This document shows positions 17,745 through 27,474 of a stretch of DNA of 64,000 bases, in pieces (position 1 is the stretch's first letter; every line of letters begins with the position of its first letter). The stretch is from positions 32,001-96,000 of the forward strand of contig JBKHVI010000004.1 in the NCBI GenBank assembly GCA_046570105.1. The letters are read 5' to 3'. Under the pieces are notes generated by a model. That model ran no database searches, was not told where the DNA came from, and saw only the letters and a list, made by a program, of their open reading frames with translations. The stretch comes from Bacteriovoracia bacterium (GTDB lineage Bacteria > Bdellovibrionota > Bacteriovoracia > Bacteriovoracales > Bacteriovoracaceae). The position numbers and the translations under genes were made by a program.

Positions 17745-20367
17745 ACTCGTACCAATTCAGTCCAGTTCCCATGTCGACTCTAAGAGGAATTCGCAATTTA
17801 ACGGCGTTTTCCATGCGATCACGGACAATTTTGGCAATCAGCGCTTCTTCTTCAGGGGGAACTTCTAGGATCAATTCATCGTGCACTTGGAGGAGAAGCT
17901 TGGATTTGAGTTTTTTATCCAAGAGATCCTGCTGTAAATTGACCATCGCGAGTTTAATAATGTCCGCTGCAGTTCCTTGAATCGGACTGTTGATGGCAAT
18001 TCGCTCTGCCATAGATTTCACTTGGCGATTTTGTGATTTAATTTCTGGAATAAGCCGTTTACGACCAAAGAGTGTTTCGGCATAACCAGTCTCTTCCGCT
18101 TTTTCTTTGAGCGAGTCTAAGTAACCCTTCACTCTCCCGAAACGTTGAAAATAGAGCTTAATATAATCGCGCGCCTCATTTTGCGAAATTCGTAAAGATT
18201 GCGACAAACCAAACGCCCCTTGGCCATACATCAAACCGAAGTTAATCGCCTTAGCGCTATTACGCTGCTCTTTTGTCACTTCAGTAAGCTTAATTCCAAA
18301 AACTTCGGCAGCGGTTTGCTGGTGAATATCTTTATCGTTGGCAAAAGCATCCAACATCACTGGATCTTCCGTGAAGTGAGCGAGAATGCGTAGTTCAACT
18401 TGTGAATAGTCGGCGGAGAGAAGAATTTTTCCAGGCTCAGCGACAAATCCGCGACGTAAACGTCGTCCATTCTCAGTACGAACCGGAATGTTCTGTAAAT
18501 TCGGATTATCTGATGACAAACGGCCAGTCGCCGCATTGCCTGGACGAAAGTGAGTATGCAAACGGCCATCACTTGCGACTAAGCGAGGGAGCACTTTTAC
18601 ATAAGTTGAATTAAGTTTTTCAAGTTCACGGTACTTGAGCAGCATCTCTGGAATTGGATTCACCTTCATGGCCGCCAGTTCTTCTAAAACATCGGCGTCT
18701 GTCGAATACCCCGTTTTAGTTTTCTTAATGACGGGCAGTGATTGCTCTTCAAAAAGCATTTGCGCGACCTGCTTGGGTGATTTTAAATTCACCGGATGTC
18801 CTGCGAGAGTCTCCACTTCTTTTTCGATACTGGTCGTTTGAAGAGCAAATTCTTTTTCAAGTTCAGTGAAGAACTTCACATCTAGTGAAATTCCCTCGAG
18901 CTCCATGCGTGCCAAAACTTTAATCAACGGCAAATCAAGTTCGCGATAAGGACGATCGAGATCCTGCTCTTTTAATTTACGAGAAAGCTCTTTAGACACC
19001 TGCTCAATAACTCGCGCATGAGCAACAACAGCTTCCAAATTTACACTTTGCTCCAGTAGATCGCCCTGCCCTTCCGATTCTATTGAAGGCAGACCTTCAT
19101 CACGATATTCCCGCGAGAGAGTATCAAGATCGTGACGCCCCTCAGGGGAGAGCACAAAACAGGCCTGCGCCAAATCTTCGCCGTCGGTGAGTTCAAAACC
19201 AAAACGCAAGAAGCGCAACCAAATAGGCTTAAGCTCCCAGGCCAGTATTCTTTTTTGACTTAAGGCCAGAGTTTTCCAAAATTCTTTTTCGTCAGGAAAA
19301 TTTCCAACGACGGCTGCAGTCTCATGTACGAGAGCAACATTTGTGAGCGCGGCAAAAGGATCAAGCTCATCGCTAAATAGTGGATAAACACTGACACTCT
19401 CCGAGGCCTTACTTAAAAACTGCTCCAGTTCTTTAATTGAACTGATTTCTTTCATCACTTTGGGTGCTTCCGCTTTCTTTTCAACAGGCTTGGCAGTTGT
19501 GGCAGAAGGCAACCCTTCCACCGGTCCAATTTTCGCCAGGAAACTTCTAAAACCTAGACGATCTAAATAAGCTGCTAGTTCTGCATCCGCTTTGAAACTA
19601 AAGACCATGTCATTGGCCTTGAGTGGAAGAGTAAGATCACACTTGATAGTAGCGAGCTCTTTTGAAATACGGGCAAGATCGGCATGCTCTTTCAGCGCAC
19701 TTTGCGTTTTTTTAGCCGTCACTTCATCTGCGCGCTTTAAGATTTCTTCTAAAGTTCCAAATTGTTTTAAGAGAGCTGATGCTCCTTTCGGCCCAATACC
19801 AGGAACACCTGGAATATTGTCCGATGAATCTCCAATCAAAGAGAGGTAATCCACTATCTGCGCTGGTGGTACACCCATCTTGTCTTCCACATCAGCTGGA
19901 CCATAAGTTTTCTCTTTCATAGTATCGAGCATCTTCACGTGCTCGTTCACAAACTGCATAAGGTCTTTATCACCCGAAGCGATGAGGACTTCATCAAATT
20001 CGTTTTGGTGACGAGTGATGACTGTTCCAATAATGTCGTCGGCCTCAAAACCTGGCATCGCAATAGTAGGAAGATGTAATCTCTCAAGCAGTGTATCGAT
20101 CAGAGCAAATTGAGGGATGAGGTCTTGAGGTGGCTCAGAGCGATTGGCTTTATATTCAGGATACAAGGCCGTACGAAAAGATGGACCCTTAGTATCACGG
20201 GCACAAATCACGTGCGTCGGCTTCATGTCAGTGATCAAACGATGAAACATGGAGAGCACGCCGTAAACAGCATTAACGGGAGTTCCGTCGGGAGCAGTTA
20301 ACGGTCTGATAGCGAAGAAGGCGCGAAAAATAAAATTGCTCACATCGATGATGATCAAACGACGCAT
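17737..20367 (-). CDS. polA: DNA polymerase I
   Basis: 5'-3' exonuclease N-terminus (YPEYKANR, EADD), TGRLSS..PNLQNIP, DYSQVELR, LLQVHDE. Start set to ATG 20367 after GGAG. Confidence 0.98.
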   Translation of the reverse strand: MRRLIIIDVSNFIFRAFFAIRPLTAPDGTPVNAVYGVLSMFHRLITDMKPTHVICARDTKGPSFRTALYPEYKANRSEPPQDLIPQFALIDTLLERLHLPTIAMPGFEADDIIGTVITRHQNEFDEVLIASGDKDLMQFVNEHVKMLDTMKEKTYGPADVEDKMGVPPAQIVDYLSLIGDSSDNIPGVPGIGPKGASALLKQFGTLEEILKRADEVTAKKTQSALKEHADLARISKELATIKCDLTLPLKANDMVFSFKADAELAAYLDRLGFRSFLAKIGPVEGLPSATTAKPVEKKAEAPKVMKEISSIKELEQFLSKASESVSVYPLFSDELDPFAALTNVALVHETAAVVGNFPDEKEFWKTLALSQKRILAWELKPIWLRFLRFGFELTDGEDLAQACFVLSPEGRHDLDTLSREYRDEGLPSIESEGQGDLLEQSVNLEAVVAHARVIEQVSKELSRKLKEQDLDRPYRELDLPLIKVLARMELEGISLDVKFFTELEKEFALQTTSIEKEVETLAGHPVNLKSPKQVAQMLFEEQSLPVIKKTKTGYSTDADVLEELAAMKVNPIPEMLLKYRELEKLNSTYVKVLPRLVASDGRLHTHFRPGNAATGRLSSDNPNLQNIPVRTENGRRLRRGFVAEPGKILLSADYSQVELRILAHFTEDPVMLDAFANDKDIHQQTAAEVFGIKLTEVTKEQRNSAKAINFGLMYGQGAFGLSQSLRISQNEARDYIKLYFQRFGRVKGYLDSLKEKAEETGYAETLFGRKRLIPEIKSQNRQVKSMAERIAINSPIQGTAADIIKLAMVNLQQDLLDKKLKSKLLLQVHDELILEVPPEEEALIAKIVRDRMENAVKLRIPLRVDMGTGLNWYELK

Positions 20368-20384
20368 GGGAGACTCCAAATTTT

Positions 20385-20879
20385 TTAAGGGATCATCGGC
20401 TTACGATCTTCAAACCAAGTCTGGCGTCTGACACTCATACTTTGAGGATCATTGCCTACGACAGTTGTGTCTGCCATGACATCACCTAAGCGGTGAGCCG
20501 AATCGAGCTTAAATAAAAAATATAATTCTAAAAAACTGAGTGGAATCGATAAAAGCACACACAGAATCCATCCCCAAAACGGAACCATCGCTAATCCGAT
20601 AGGTAAAAGGAAAGGAAGATTGCGGATAAAAGACTGGCGCATTCCGCAAGGACGACCATCTTCTAAAGAGACAACACGAAAGCCGATGATTCTTTTACCT
20701 AATGATTGGCCGTCAAAAAGTGAGTCTGAAATGGCCAAATAACCGAGGGCCAGGGCCAATCCCCAGGGATAGCCAAAAAAAGCCAAAATGACGACCAGTC
20801 CTAAGTCGATACTTTTAGCGATTAGTCGTGCAATGCGGGCACGGCGTGGCCCAACAGAAAGAAGGTATTTACGATCCAT
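20385..20879 (-). CDS. RDD family membrane protein
   Basis: RLIAKSID, GQSLGKRIIG and RLGDVMADT motifs. Confidence 0.85.
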   Translation of the reverse strand: MDRKYLLSVGPRRARIARLIAKSIDLGLVVILAFFGYPWGLALALGYLAISDSLFDGQSLGKRIIGFRVVSLEDGRPCGMRQSFIRNLPFLLPIGLAMVPFWGWILCVLLSIPLSFLELYFLFKLDSAHRLGDVMADTTVVGNDPQSMSVRRQTWFEDRKPMIP

Positions 20880-21007
20880 GGGCCAATCATACCGGACGTA
20901 TCACTTGTTTTCCAGGTGCTTGCCTTGCCGGAAACACTGTCTTCAGCTAAAGTGAAGGTGATTATACTGTGGCGCTGCAATAAAAAGCGCCCTTTAAGGA
21001 GAACCCC

Positions 21008-21331
21008 ATGGCCAATCTTAAAAGTGTCACCAACGATAACTTCGAGCAAGAAGTCATCAATTCATCTACCCCTGTCCTGGTTGATTTCTGGGCCGAGTGG
21101 TGTGGACCTTGTCGTGCTTTGGGCCCAGTACTTGAAGAAGTAGCTGCGGAAAATACCGGAAAAGTTCAAATCGTAAAAGTTAACGTTGATGAAGCTCCTG
21201 AGCTCGCCAACCGTTTCGGTATTCGCGGAATTCCAACGATGATTTTGTTCAAAGGTGGCGAAGTAAAAAGCACTTTGATGGGCAATCAGCCAAAAGCTGA
21301 AATCGTTAAACAAATTAACTCTCTCGCCTAA
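21008..21331 (+). CDS. trxA: Thioredoxin
   Basis: VDFWAEWCGPC active site; AAGGAG RBS. Confidence 0.97.
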   Translation: MANLKSVTNDNFEQEVINSSTPVLVDFWAEWCGPCRALGPVLEEVAAENTGKVQIVKVNVDEAPELANRFGIRGIPTMILFKGGEVKSTLMGNQPKAEIVKQINSLA

Positions 21332-21912
21332 TGAATTTCATTCGTGAAGCGTACCAAGAGGCCCGTCACACTCTCGATCAATTTTTCGAGAGTGAGGCGC
21401 AGATTGCTTTGGTTGAAAAAGCCATCGGGACTTTTGTTACGAGCTTCAAAAATGGTGGACACGTATTTAGCTGCGGAAATGGCGGCTCCATGTGTGACTC
21501 ACTTCATTTTGCCGAAGAACTCACTGGTCGCTATCGCAAAGATCGCCGCCCCCTACCGGCGACGGGTATTAGTGAGGCAGGACATATAACTTGCATCGCT
21601 AACGACTTCGGTTTCGAGTACATCTTCTCTCGCTACATCGAAGCATGGGGCGGAAAGAATGATACCCTGCTCGCGATCTCAACCAGCGGAAACTCAGCTA
21701 ACGTCATTAAGGCCGTGGAGGCTGCCAAGGCCCACGGGATGAAAGTCGTCGCTCTTTTAGGTAAAGACGGCGGTAAGCTCAAATCCATGGTAGATGTCCC
21801 ATTAATCATCCCTTGTGGCATAACTGACCGAATTCAGGAAGTTCACATCAAGCTTATTCATATCTTTATTGAGGGAATTGAGCGCGAACTTTTCCCCGAA
21901 AATTACCGCTAA
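21331..21912 (+). CDS. gmhA: D-sedoheptulose 7-phosphate isomerase
   Basis: CGNGGS, ISTSGNS and RIQEVH motifs; TAATG coupling to trxA. Confidence 0.93.
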   Translation: MNFIREAYQEARHTLDQFFESEAQIALVEKAIGTFVTSFKNGGHVFSCGNGGSMCDSLHFAEELTGRYRKDRRPLPATGISEAGHITCIANDFGFEYIFSRYIEAWGGKNDTLLAISTSGNSANVIKAVEAAKAHGMKVVALLGKDGGKLKSMVDVPLIIPCGITDRIQEVHIKLIHIFIEGIERELFPENYR

Positions 21913-21998
21913 ACGCCTGTAAAGTTTACTCAAATTTCGCAATGCATCACAATTTATGTTATGAACGCCCCGTTAAATACATTTAAACGAGGTGTTCT

Positions 21999-22886
21999 AT
22001 GCGTGGGTTTATTGCTCTAGCGTTCCTACTGTCCGCCTTTCAAGCGTTGGCAGGGGAAACATTAACAACTGTGGTCTCTGTGGTTGATTCCATGAAGACT
22101 GGACGTATCTTGATCCTTTCAGCGGTTGATGGTCGTGTCTATAAGACTGAGCCAACTGAAGGTATGAAGAAACATCTTGAAGGTTTCATCAATCGTCCTG
22201 TGCGCTTGCTTTGGACAGAACGCGGAGAAGAACGTCTCGTCACACATATCGAAGCGCTTAATCCCAACGCAGTAGCAGCTGAAGGTCTTGACCTTAATCC
22301 ATTTGCTCCAAGTGCAGATCGCGATGTTCCACCGACAGATGTTGGCTCATACAAGAACGCCGAACGCATGTTTAACACTCTTAACGATGGTGATAAGTCT
22401 CGTTCTCAGTGTTTCAAGCGCGCCCACATCTGGGCCTGGGATATGTGGTCTAACTTTGGTGTTCAAAGTCAAAAAATCTACATCTTCTATACTCGCCGCT
22501 ACATTCAACTTGAAGAGTTCGACTGGTGGTTTCACGTAGCACCCGTAGTAACTGCTGACGGTGTTGATTATGTTTTTGATCGCACATACTTGAAGAAGCC
22601 AGCCACTATTAAAGAGTGGAAAGAAAAATTCATGAAAGGCTCAATCACATGTAGCGATATGGACAATATCGCCACTTACGATAACAACCAGTGGTCACGT
22701 CTTTGTTTCTTAATGAAGACTCCTATGTGGTACTTCCGTCCTTTGGATATTCGTAATCGTGATGAGAAAGGAATTGAGAAAAATAACTGGGTATTGATGG
22801 AACTCCAAGATTCTCGCCGCGCTTTCAAAGATGGCGAAGATATCTACGAAGCTCTCGATACCGGCAAACGTACTGTGACTCACTAA
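21999..22886 (+). CDS. Secreted protein-glutamine glutaminase (protein glutaminase)-like enzyme
   Basis: Signal peptide; QCFKRAH / WWFHVAP / VFD resemble the Cys-His-Asp triad motifs of protein glutaminase. Confidence 0.65.
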   Translation: MRGFIALAFLLSAFQALAGETLTTVVSVVDSMKTGRILILSAVDGRVYKTEPTEGMKKHLEGFINRPVRLLWTERGEERLVTHIEALNPNAVAAEGLDLNPFAPSADRDVPPTDVGSYKNAERMFNTLNDGDKSRSQCFKRAHIWAWDMWSNFGVQSQKIYIFYTRRYIQLEEFDWWFHVAPVVTADGVDYVFDRTYLKKPATIKEWKEKFMKGSITCSDMDNIATYDNNQWSRLCFLMKTPMWYFRPLDIRNRDEKGIEKNNWVLMELQDSRRAFKDGEDIYEALDTGKRTVTH

Positions 22887-22896
22887 GGACTAACAT

Positions 22897-23322
22897 ATGA
22901 AACACTTATTAATCGCATTGGCCCTCGTAACGACCGCAGCCCAAGCCCACACCATCACAGGCCAGATGGTTTTAAAAGGGACTGCAAAAACTAAGATCAT
23001 GATTCAAGGGTCTGAAGCCAAATGTAATGTGAAGATCGATGAGATTAAAAACAACCTCATCGAAGATAGCTTTGGAAACCCGGCGTACCACGTTTGGACA
23101 AAGATTGAGCTTGCGAGCTCACTAAGTGCAACTACACCTATCAATTATAAATTGGATGTTCGTTTCACGAATATTCATAAAACTGCTGACGGCAAAATGG
23201 TACGCGATGATTTGTATGTTGGTGAAGACGTTCCACGCGCTCGCATGGTTGTGAATGAAAAAGGCCGTATTAAACAAGTGGTTTTCCCGGTAGGGGCAGA
23301 CACCATCACTTGTAATTTCTAA
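22897..23322 (+). CDS. Hypothetical secreted protein
   Basis: Signal peptide (AQA|H), 2 Cys, AAGGA RBS. Confidence 0.7.
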   Translation: MKHLLIALALVTTAAQAHTITGQMVLKGTAKTKIMIQGSEAKCNVKIDEIKNNLIEDSFGNPAYHVWTKIELASSLSATTPINYKLDVRFTNIHKTADGKMVRDDLYVGEDVPRARMVVNEKGRIKQVVFPVGADTITCNF

Positions 23323-23333
23323 ATTCTCCGACT

Positions 23334-23362
23334 GCAGTACTCACCCATCGTGTGGGTACTGC
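23334..23362 (+). terminator. Stem-loop, probable terminator
   Basis: GCAGTACTCAC-N7-GTGGGTACTGC (11 bp with one G-U pair) just after the stop at 23322. Confidence 0.6.
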
Positions 23363-23372
23363 TACTTATCTC

Positions 23373-23400
23373 TTGGTTCCTGAGCGGGAACCGCTATAAT
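23373..23400 (+). promoter_or_regulatory. sigma70-like promoter of aglRQS with internal palindrome
   Basis: TTGGTT-N16-TATAAT; GGTTCC..GGAACC inverted repeat at 23375-23392. Confidence 0.5.
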
Positions 23401-23446
23401 CAAACATAAGAGCTTAATTCTTCATCCACGCCAAGGGGATAGCTAT

Positions 23447-24082
23447 ATGTCTTTTTTGCAGTCAGCAGTACAGTTCATTATTGATGGTGGCTTTTTCATG
23501 TACGTCATCCTCGCCTGCTTCGCAGTAGGTTTTGCTTTCGTCGTCGAGAGAATGAAAAAACTCTCTTCCATGGATGTGGATGGACCTTCATTCATGAATG
23601 AACTCCAACGCTACGTTCTCTCAAATGATATTCAAGGTGCCATCCGAGTGTGCTCAGGCTCACAAGGTGCGCTTCCAAAAGTTTTAAAGAGCGGCTTGAA
23701 GCGCGCCAACCAAGGGCCAGCGCAAATTCAAAATGCCATCGATGCGACAGCTCTCGAAGTGATTCCAAAACTCGAGCAGCGCCTTCCTTACTTACAACTT
23801 GTAGCAAACCTTTCAACTTTGTTTGGTCTCTTGGGTACTATCCAAGGTTTGATTCAATCATTCGCGGCCATCTCGGCTGCTGACCCAACTCAAAAAGCTG
23901 AAGTTCTCTCAAGCGGTATCGCGATTGCGATGTATACCACTGCCATGGGTCTAGGTTCAGCCATTGTTATCATGATTTTCCACGCTGTCTTAGCGGCCAA
24001 AGCTGAAAAGATCGTCGGTGAAATCGATGAGTACTCAGTCAAAATGTTGGATCTAATCGGCACGAAGAAAGTCGAGGACTAA
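23447..24082 (+). CDS. aglR: MotA/TolQ/ExbB proton channel subunit (AglR-like)
   Basis: TLFGLLGTIQGLI and GIAIAMYTTAMGL; first of a TolQ-R-R triplet next to glt genes. Confidence 0.8.
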   Translation: MSFLQSAVQFIIDGGFFMYVILACFAVGFAFVVERMKKLSSMDVDGPSFMNELQRYVLSNDIQGAIRVCSGSQGALPKVLKSGLKRANQGPAQIQNAIDATALEVIPKLEQRLPYLQLVANLSTLFGLLGTIQGLIQSFAAISAADPTQKAEVLSSGIAIAMYTTAMGLGSAIVIMIFHAVLAAKAEKIVGEIDEYSVKMLDLIGTKKVED

Positions 24083-24086
24083 GAAC

Positions 24087-24614
24087 GTGAAACTTCCCAG
24101 CGGACGGCGCAAGAAGCGCCCACAGGAGAAGCTGAATCTAGTACCCATCATGGATGCGGTCTTTATTTTCATTTTCTTCTTGTTGATGTCGGCCCAGTTC
24201 TTACAGATCATGGAAATTGGATCTGACGTCCCTATTATTTCAGATGCTCAACCACCTAAGCCTGATAAAGACCCACTTGCTCTGCAATTAAAGATCGAAG
24301 AAAACACACTCACTCTCATGCGTGGTTTGCAGTCACAAGTCGTGGCCCGTTATGCTCGTAAAGGTGATGGCAGCTATGATCTAGAACCACTTCATCAGAA
24401 GTTGGTCGAGATCAAAAAGACTCGCGTGAATGAAGAGAACATCATTCTTCAGCCTGAGTGGGACATTAGTTACGAAGAAATCATTAAAATCATGGATACA
24501 GTACGCCTACTCAACAATACCGACGATGCCATTTTCAAAAAAGGCAAAGACGGGATTGATGAGAAGGTTAAAACGCTCTTTGCCAAAATTATCTTTGGCA
24601 ATCTAATGGGTTAA
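24087..24614 (+). CDS. aglQ: ExbD/TolR family subunit (AglQ-like)
   Basis: LNLVPIMDAVF with the conserved TM Asp; GTG start. Confidence 0.75.
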   Translation: MKLPSGRRKKRPQEKLNLVPIMDAVFIFIFFLLMSAQFLQIMEIGSDVPIISDAQPPKPDKDPLALQLKIEENTLTLMRGLQSQVVARYARKGDGSYDLEPLHQKLVEIKKTRVNEENIILQPEWDISYEEIIKIMDTVRLLNNTDDAIFKKGKDGIDEKVKTLFAKIIFGNLMG

Positions 24615-24616
24615 TT

Positions 24617-25126
24617 ATGGGTTCACGCCGCATTCAAGGTCGCCGCCGTAGAAAGACGATGCAAGCACTCGATCTTGATATCACGTCTCTACTCGATATC
24701 TTGACCATCCTTTTGGTGTTTTTGATCCAAAGTTATAACGCTTCAGGCGTTATCATTAACGTTCCAGATGGCATCACACTTCCGCGTTCGGCTTCTGAAA
24801 ACCAAAATACCTTTGGTGTAAACGTTCAGGTCTCGGCCGACAAGATTTGGGTGGATGACGTTGAGGTCTTTAATACCGCAGCCATGCCAGAAAAAGTCTA
24901 TGACAACGACGGCCGTCGCATCATTGCGCTTTATAACGAGCTGGTTCGCGTAAAAGAAAACATCAAGCGCACCGAAAAAACCTCACCCGATGCAAAGAAA
25001 TTTTCAGGTATCGCCAACCTCGTGATCGATAAGACTTTGAAGTACAACTACGTAAAGCGCGTGATGTTCACTTGCGCTGATGCCGGCTTTAAAGAATTTA
25101 AGTTTGTTGTTCTGACGACGAAATAA
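24617..25126 (+). CDS. aglS: ExbD/TolR family subunit (AglS-like)
   Basis: LDITSLLDILTILLVFL; C-terminal KRVMFTCADAGF. Confidence 0.75.
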   Translation: MGSRRIQGRRRRKTMQALDLDITSLLDILTILLVFLIQSYNASGVIINVPDGITLPRSASENQNTFGVNVQVSADKIWVDDVEVFNTAAMPEKVYDNDGRRIIALYNELVRVKENIKRTEKTSPDAKKFSGIANLVIDKTLKYNYVKRVMFTCADAGFKEFKFVVLTTK

Positions 25127-25146
25127 TTTTTATCTTCATTTGAAGC

Positions 25147-25180
25147 AATAAAAAAGCCCCAGCAATGGGGCTTTTTTATT
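25147..25180. terminator. Bidirectional intrinsic terminator between the convergent agl and glt operons
   Basis: Perfect 15-bp inverted repeat AATAAAAAAGCCCCA-GCAA-TGGGGCTTTTTTATT. Confidence 0.9.
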
Positions 25181-25196
25181 TCGTATGTTGTTTAAA

Positions 25197-27212
25197 CTAG
25201 ATTCGCTTCGGATAGAAGTTCATCGGCTGCTTCACTTCAACTGTACCGCCACCCATGGGCTCGGGGAATTGGATACCGCGCAGGACATCGACGACACAGC
25301 GTTTGACCTGACCGGGGAGACTGGAAGCATCATCCACACCCGCTTGAGCGACGTGGCCGGAAGCTCCGATGACAAAGTTCAACTTGATCACCGCTTGCAG
25401 CTCAGCCCCTGAACGATCGAGCTCTGATTGATAACAGAAGCGAAACTTTGGCAGGTTATCCATCAAGATTCGACGAATCACATCGGGATCCATTGAACCC
25501 AGTACCACCGTTTCGGCTGGTATACCGGCGGTGAAGATAGCACGTTTGGCGGAAAGTCCTTCAGCACCTTTGGATGTTCCGATTGTTCCCGTCGTAGCAC
25601 CAGTGAGACTTCCGCCTCCTGCTGTCACGGCCGCTTTTTGTAGCTCAGTACCTGAACCAGAACCTTGCACAGCACCTGAACCGAAATCACTGCCCGAACC
25701 TGTTGCCGATTTAGTCGTCACACCTGAAAGTGAGCCGCCTTTAGCGAGCATGGTATTAACTGTGCTCGAGAAATCAGCTGATTTATAAACATCAACAGGA
25801 CCGCGAGTCGCCGATGGGTACTGAGACTTCACAGTCGCGCTCTTGGCCGTTTGAGATTTAGCAGGATTGCCCGCACCAGCAGTCGCCGGTTTAGGTGTGG
25901 TGAGTTTTGGATCACCTTGCTTCACTACGACTTTTTGTGGAGCAGTCACTTTACCTGGATCAGGCTTACCTGTTTTTTTATTTTCTTGAATGTCAGGTTT
26001 CTCGATTGGCTTAGCTACTTTAGGCTCTTCTTTTTTCACTGCAACTTTTGGAGGAGCTTTTTGAGGTTGAGGCTTCTCTTTAGGAGTGCTCTCCACTGTT
26101 TTATTGGTGTTCACCATCAGCTTTTGGCGATAGAGAATCGTCGCCAAACGCTCTGGGGCCTTTTCTTCTTCTTTTTCTTCTTCTTCAAATTGAGCGAACT
26201 GAATGCCACCACTCAAAAGTGCGGTAAAAAACAAGAATAAGAAAAGATAGCGACGAAGAACGGGATCACGTCGCAACATTGGAGCTGCCGCTACTTTCGG
26301 AGGAGCTTCAACATTTCTTACAAAGATTTGAATATCGCCTTTAAAGAAGCGCAGAATATCTTGCGGCTTAATATCGACCGGCGCTCCGCCTTGATTAACG
26401 GACTTAGATTGATTCTCACTTAAATGAAGAATCTCGTAGCCTGGTAATTTATGAACTGAGGCTTGGCCGCCACGCATTTCAATAAAGGGAACTTTTTCAG
26501 CTTTACCTAAATAAGGAAATTCTAAATCTTTGCCCTCAGGCCTAAATCCTGCCAAATGATAAGTGCCGTCTGAGTCAGGCAAATAGTCGACAGCGTACAC
26601 GCGATCTTTAAATAGTATGATGACTTCAACTGCTTGCTTGGCAGCATCGTAGCGAAAGATGGGATAGAGCGTTTCAACATCTTCAAAAATGTATTCACTC
26701 TGATCGGCCTTAGGATCTGCCGCGAGAGGATAAATAATATAAGGAGCATCCGTGACCGCCACTGTCGGAGCGACAGGTGGCTTTTTTGCTTGTAAGTCTT
26801 CAGTCGGAAGTTGCGGTGGAAGCTTAGTAGAAGCTGTTCCTGCCGCAGGCTCAAGTGACTCTAGTACGGGAGGAAGATTCTCCTCGGGACGATACGCAAT
26901 AAATGAGAGATCAATATCAGCGAGTGAAAAACTGTCGCCTGGTCGAAGATCTGCGACAACGACTTTCTTACCGCCTACCCAAGTGCCATTGGTTGAATTC
27001 ATATCGTAGATCTTTGCGCTATCAGCAAAAACTTCGATAACCGCATGAATGGCTGAAATTGAATCACTGTCTATAATGACATCACAAGATTCAGCTCGAC
27101 CCACCAAAAGGCGACCTTTACTGATAACATCCCCTTCCACTCGCACACGAGGGTCACGGGCCTTGAGACGAAACAACAGACGCTGACCGGCTTTTTGAAT
27201 ATCCACGCTCAA
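25197..27212 (-). CDS. gltG: GltG/PglI-like protein: FHA domain, TM, Pro/Lys- and Gly/Ser-rich linker, TonB_C-like AgmX/PglI C-terminal domain
   Basis: FHA motifs (VGR, SAIHA, DMNSTNGT); C-terminal RFCYQSEL..CVVDVLRGIQFPEPMGGGTVEV. Confidence 0.8.
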   Translation of the reverse strand: MSVDIQKAGQRLLFRLKARDPRVRVEGDVISKGRLLVGRAESCDVIIDSDSISAIHAVIEVFADSAKIYDMNSTNGTWVGGKKVVVADLRPGDSFSLADIDLSFIAYRPEENLPPVLESLEPAAGTASTKLPPQLPTEDLQAKKPPVAPTVAVTDAPYIIYPLAADPKADQSEYIFEDVETLYPIFRYDAAKQAVEVIILFKDRVYAVDYLPDSDGTYHLAGFRPEGKDLEFPYLGKAEKVPFIEMRGGQASVHKLPGYEILHLSENQSKSVNQGGAPVDIKPQDILRFFKGDIQIFVRNVEAPPKVAAAPMLRRDPVLRRYLFLFLFFTALLSGGIQFAQFEEEEKEEEKAPERLATILYRQKLMVNTNKTVESTPKEKPQPQKAPPKVAVKKEEPKVAKPIEKPDIQENKKTGKPDPGKVTAPQKVVVKQGDPKLTTPKPATAGAGNPAKSQTAKSATVKSQYPSATRGPVDVYKSADFSSTVNTMLAKGGSLSGVTTKSATGSGSDFGSGAVQGSGSGTELQKAAVTAGGGSLTGATTGTIGTSKGAEGLSAKRAIFTAGIPAETVVLGSMDPDVIRRILMDNLPKFRFCYQSELDRSGAELQAVIKLNFVIGASGHVAQAGVDDASSLPGQVKRCVVDVLRGIQFPEPMGGGTVEVKQPMNFYPKRI

Positions 27213-27218
27213 ATCCTT

Positions 27219-27473
27219 TTAGCGAATACCACTTGCTGATTTACGCATTTCTTTGGCAAAACTTTTTCTCTCCGGCAACTTATTGCCATAGTTCTTACGA
27301 GGAGTCGGTGCCACAGAGATATCCCCCGGCGCTCCTGACTCACCTTCGACTCCGATTTCTTCGAAATCAAATCGTTCAAATTTTTTATATTCATAAATCA
27401 CTTTCTTCTTTGGCTTCGATTGTGCCAAAGCCGAGAGTGAAGACATTAAAACTAAAATCAAGAATAGCTTCAT
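27219..27473 (-). CDS. gltF: Small secreted gliding protein (GltF/CglF-like)
   Basis: Signal peptide; YKKFERFDFEEIGVEGE motif; position between gltE-like and gltG-like genes. Confidence 0.65.
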   Translation of the reverse strand: MKLFLILVLMSSLSALAQSKPKKKVIYEYKKFERFDFEEIGVEGESGAPGDISVAPTPRKNYGNKLPERKSFAKEMRKSASGIR

Positions 27474-27474
27474 G

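Noticed and set aside
18950..19450. Missing 3'-5' exonuclease motifs in PolA
   Set aside because: A degenerate proofreading domain is common in bacterial Pol I
26160..26190. (TTC)n microsatellite-like run
   Set aside because: It encodes the acidic EEEEKEEEK stretch after the GltG TM
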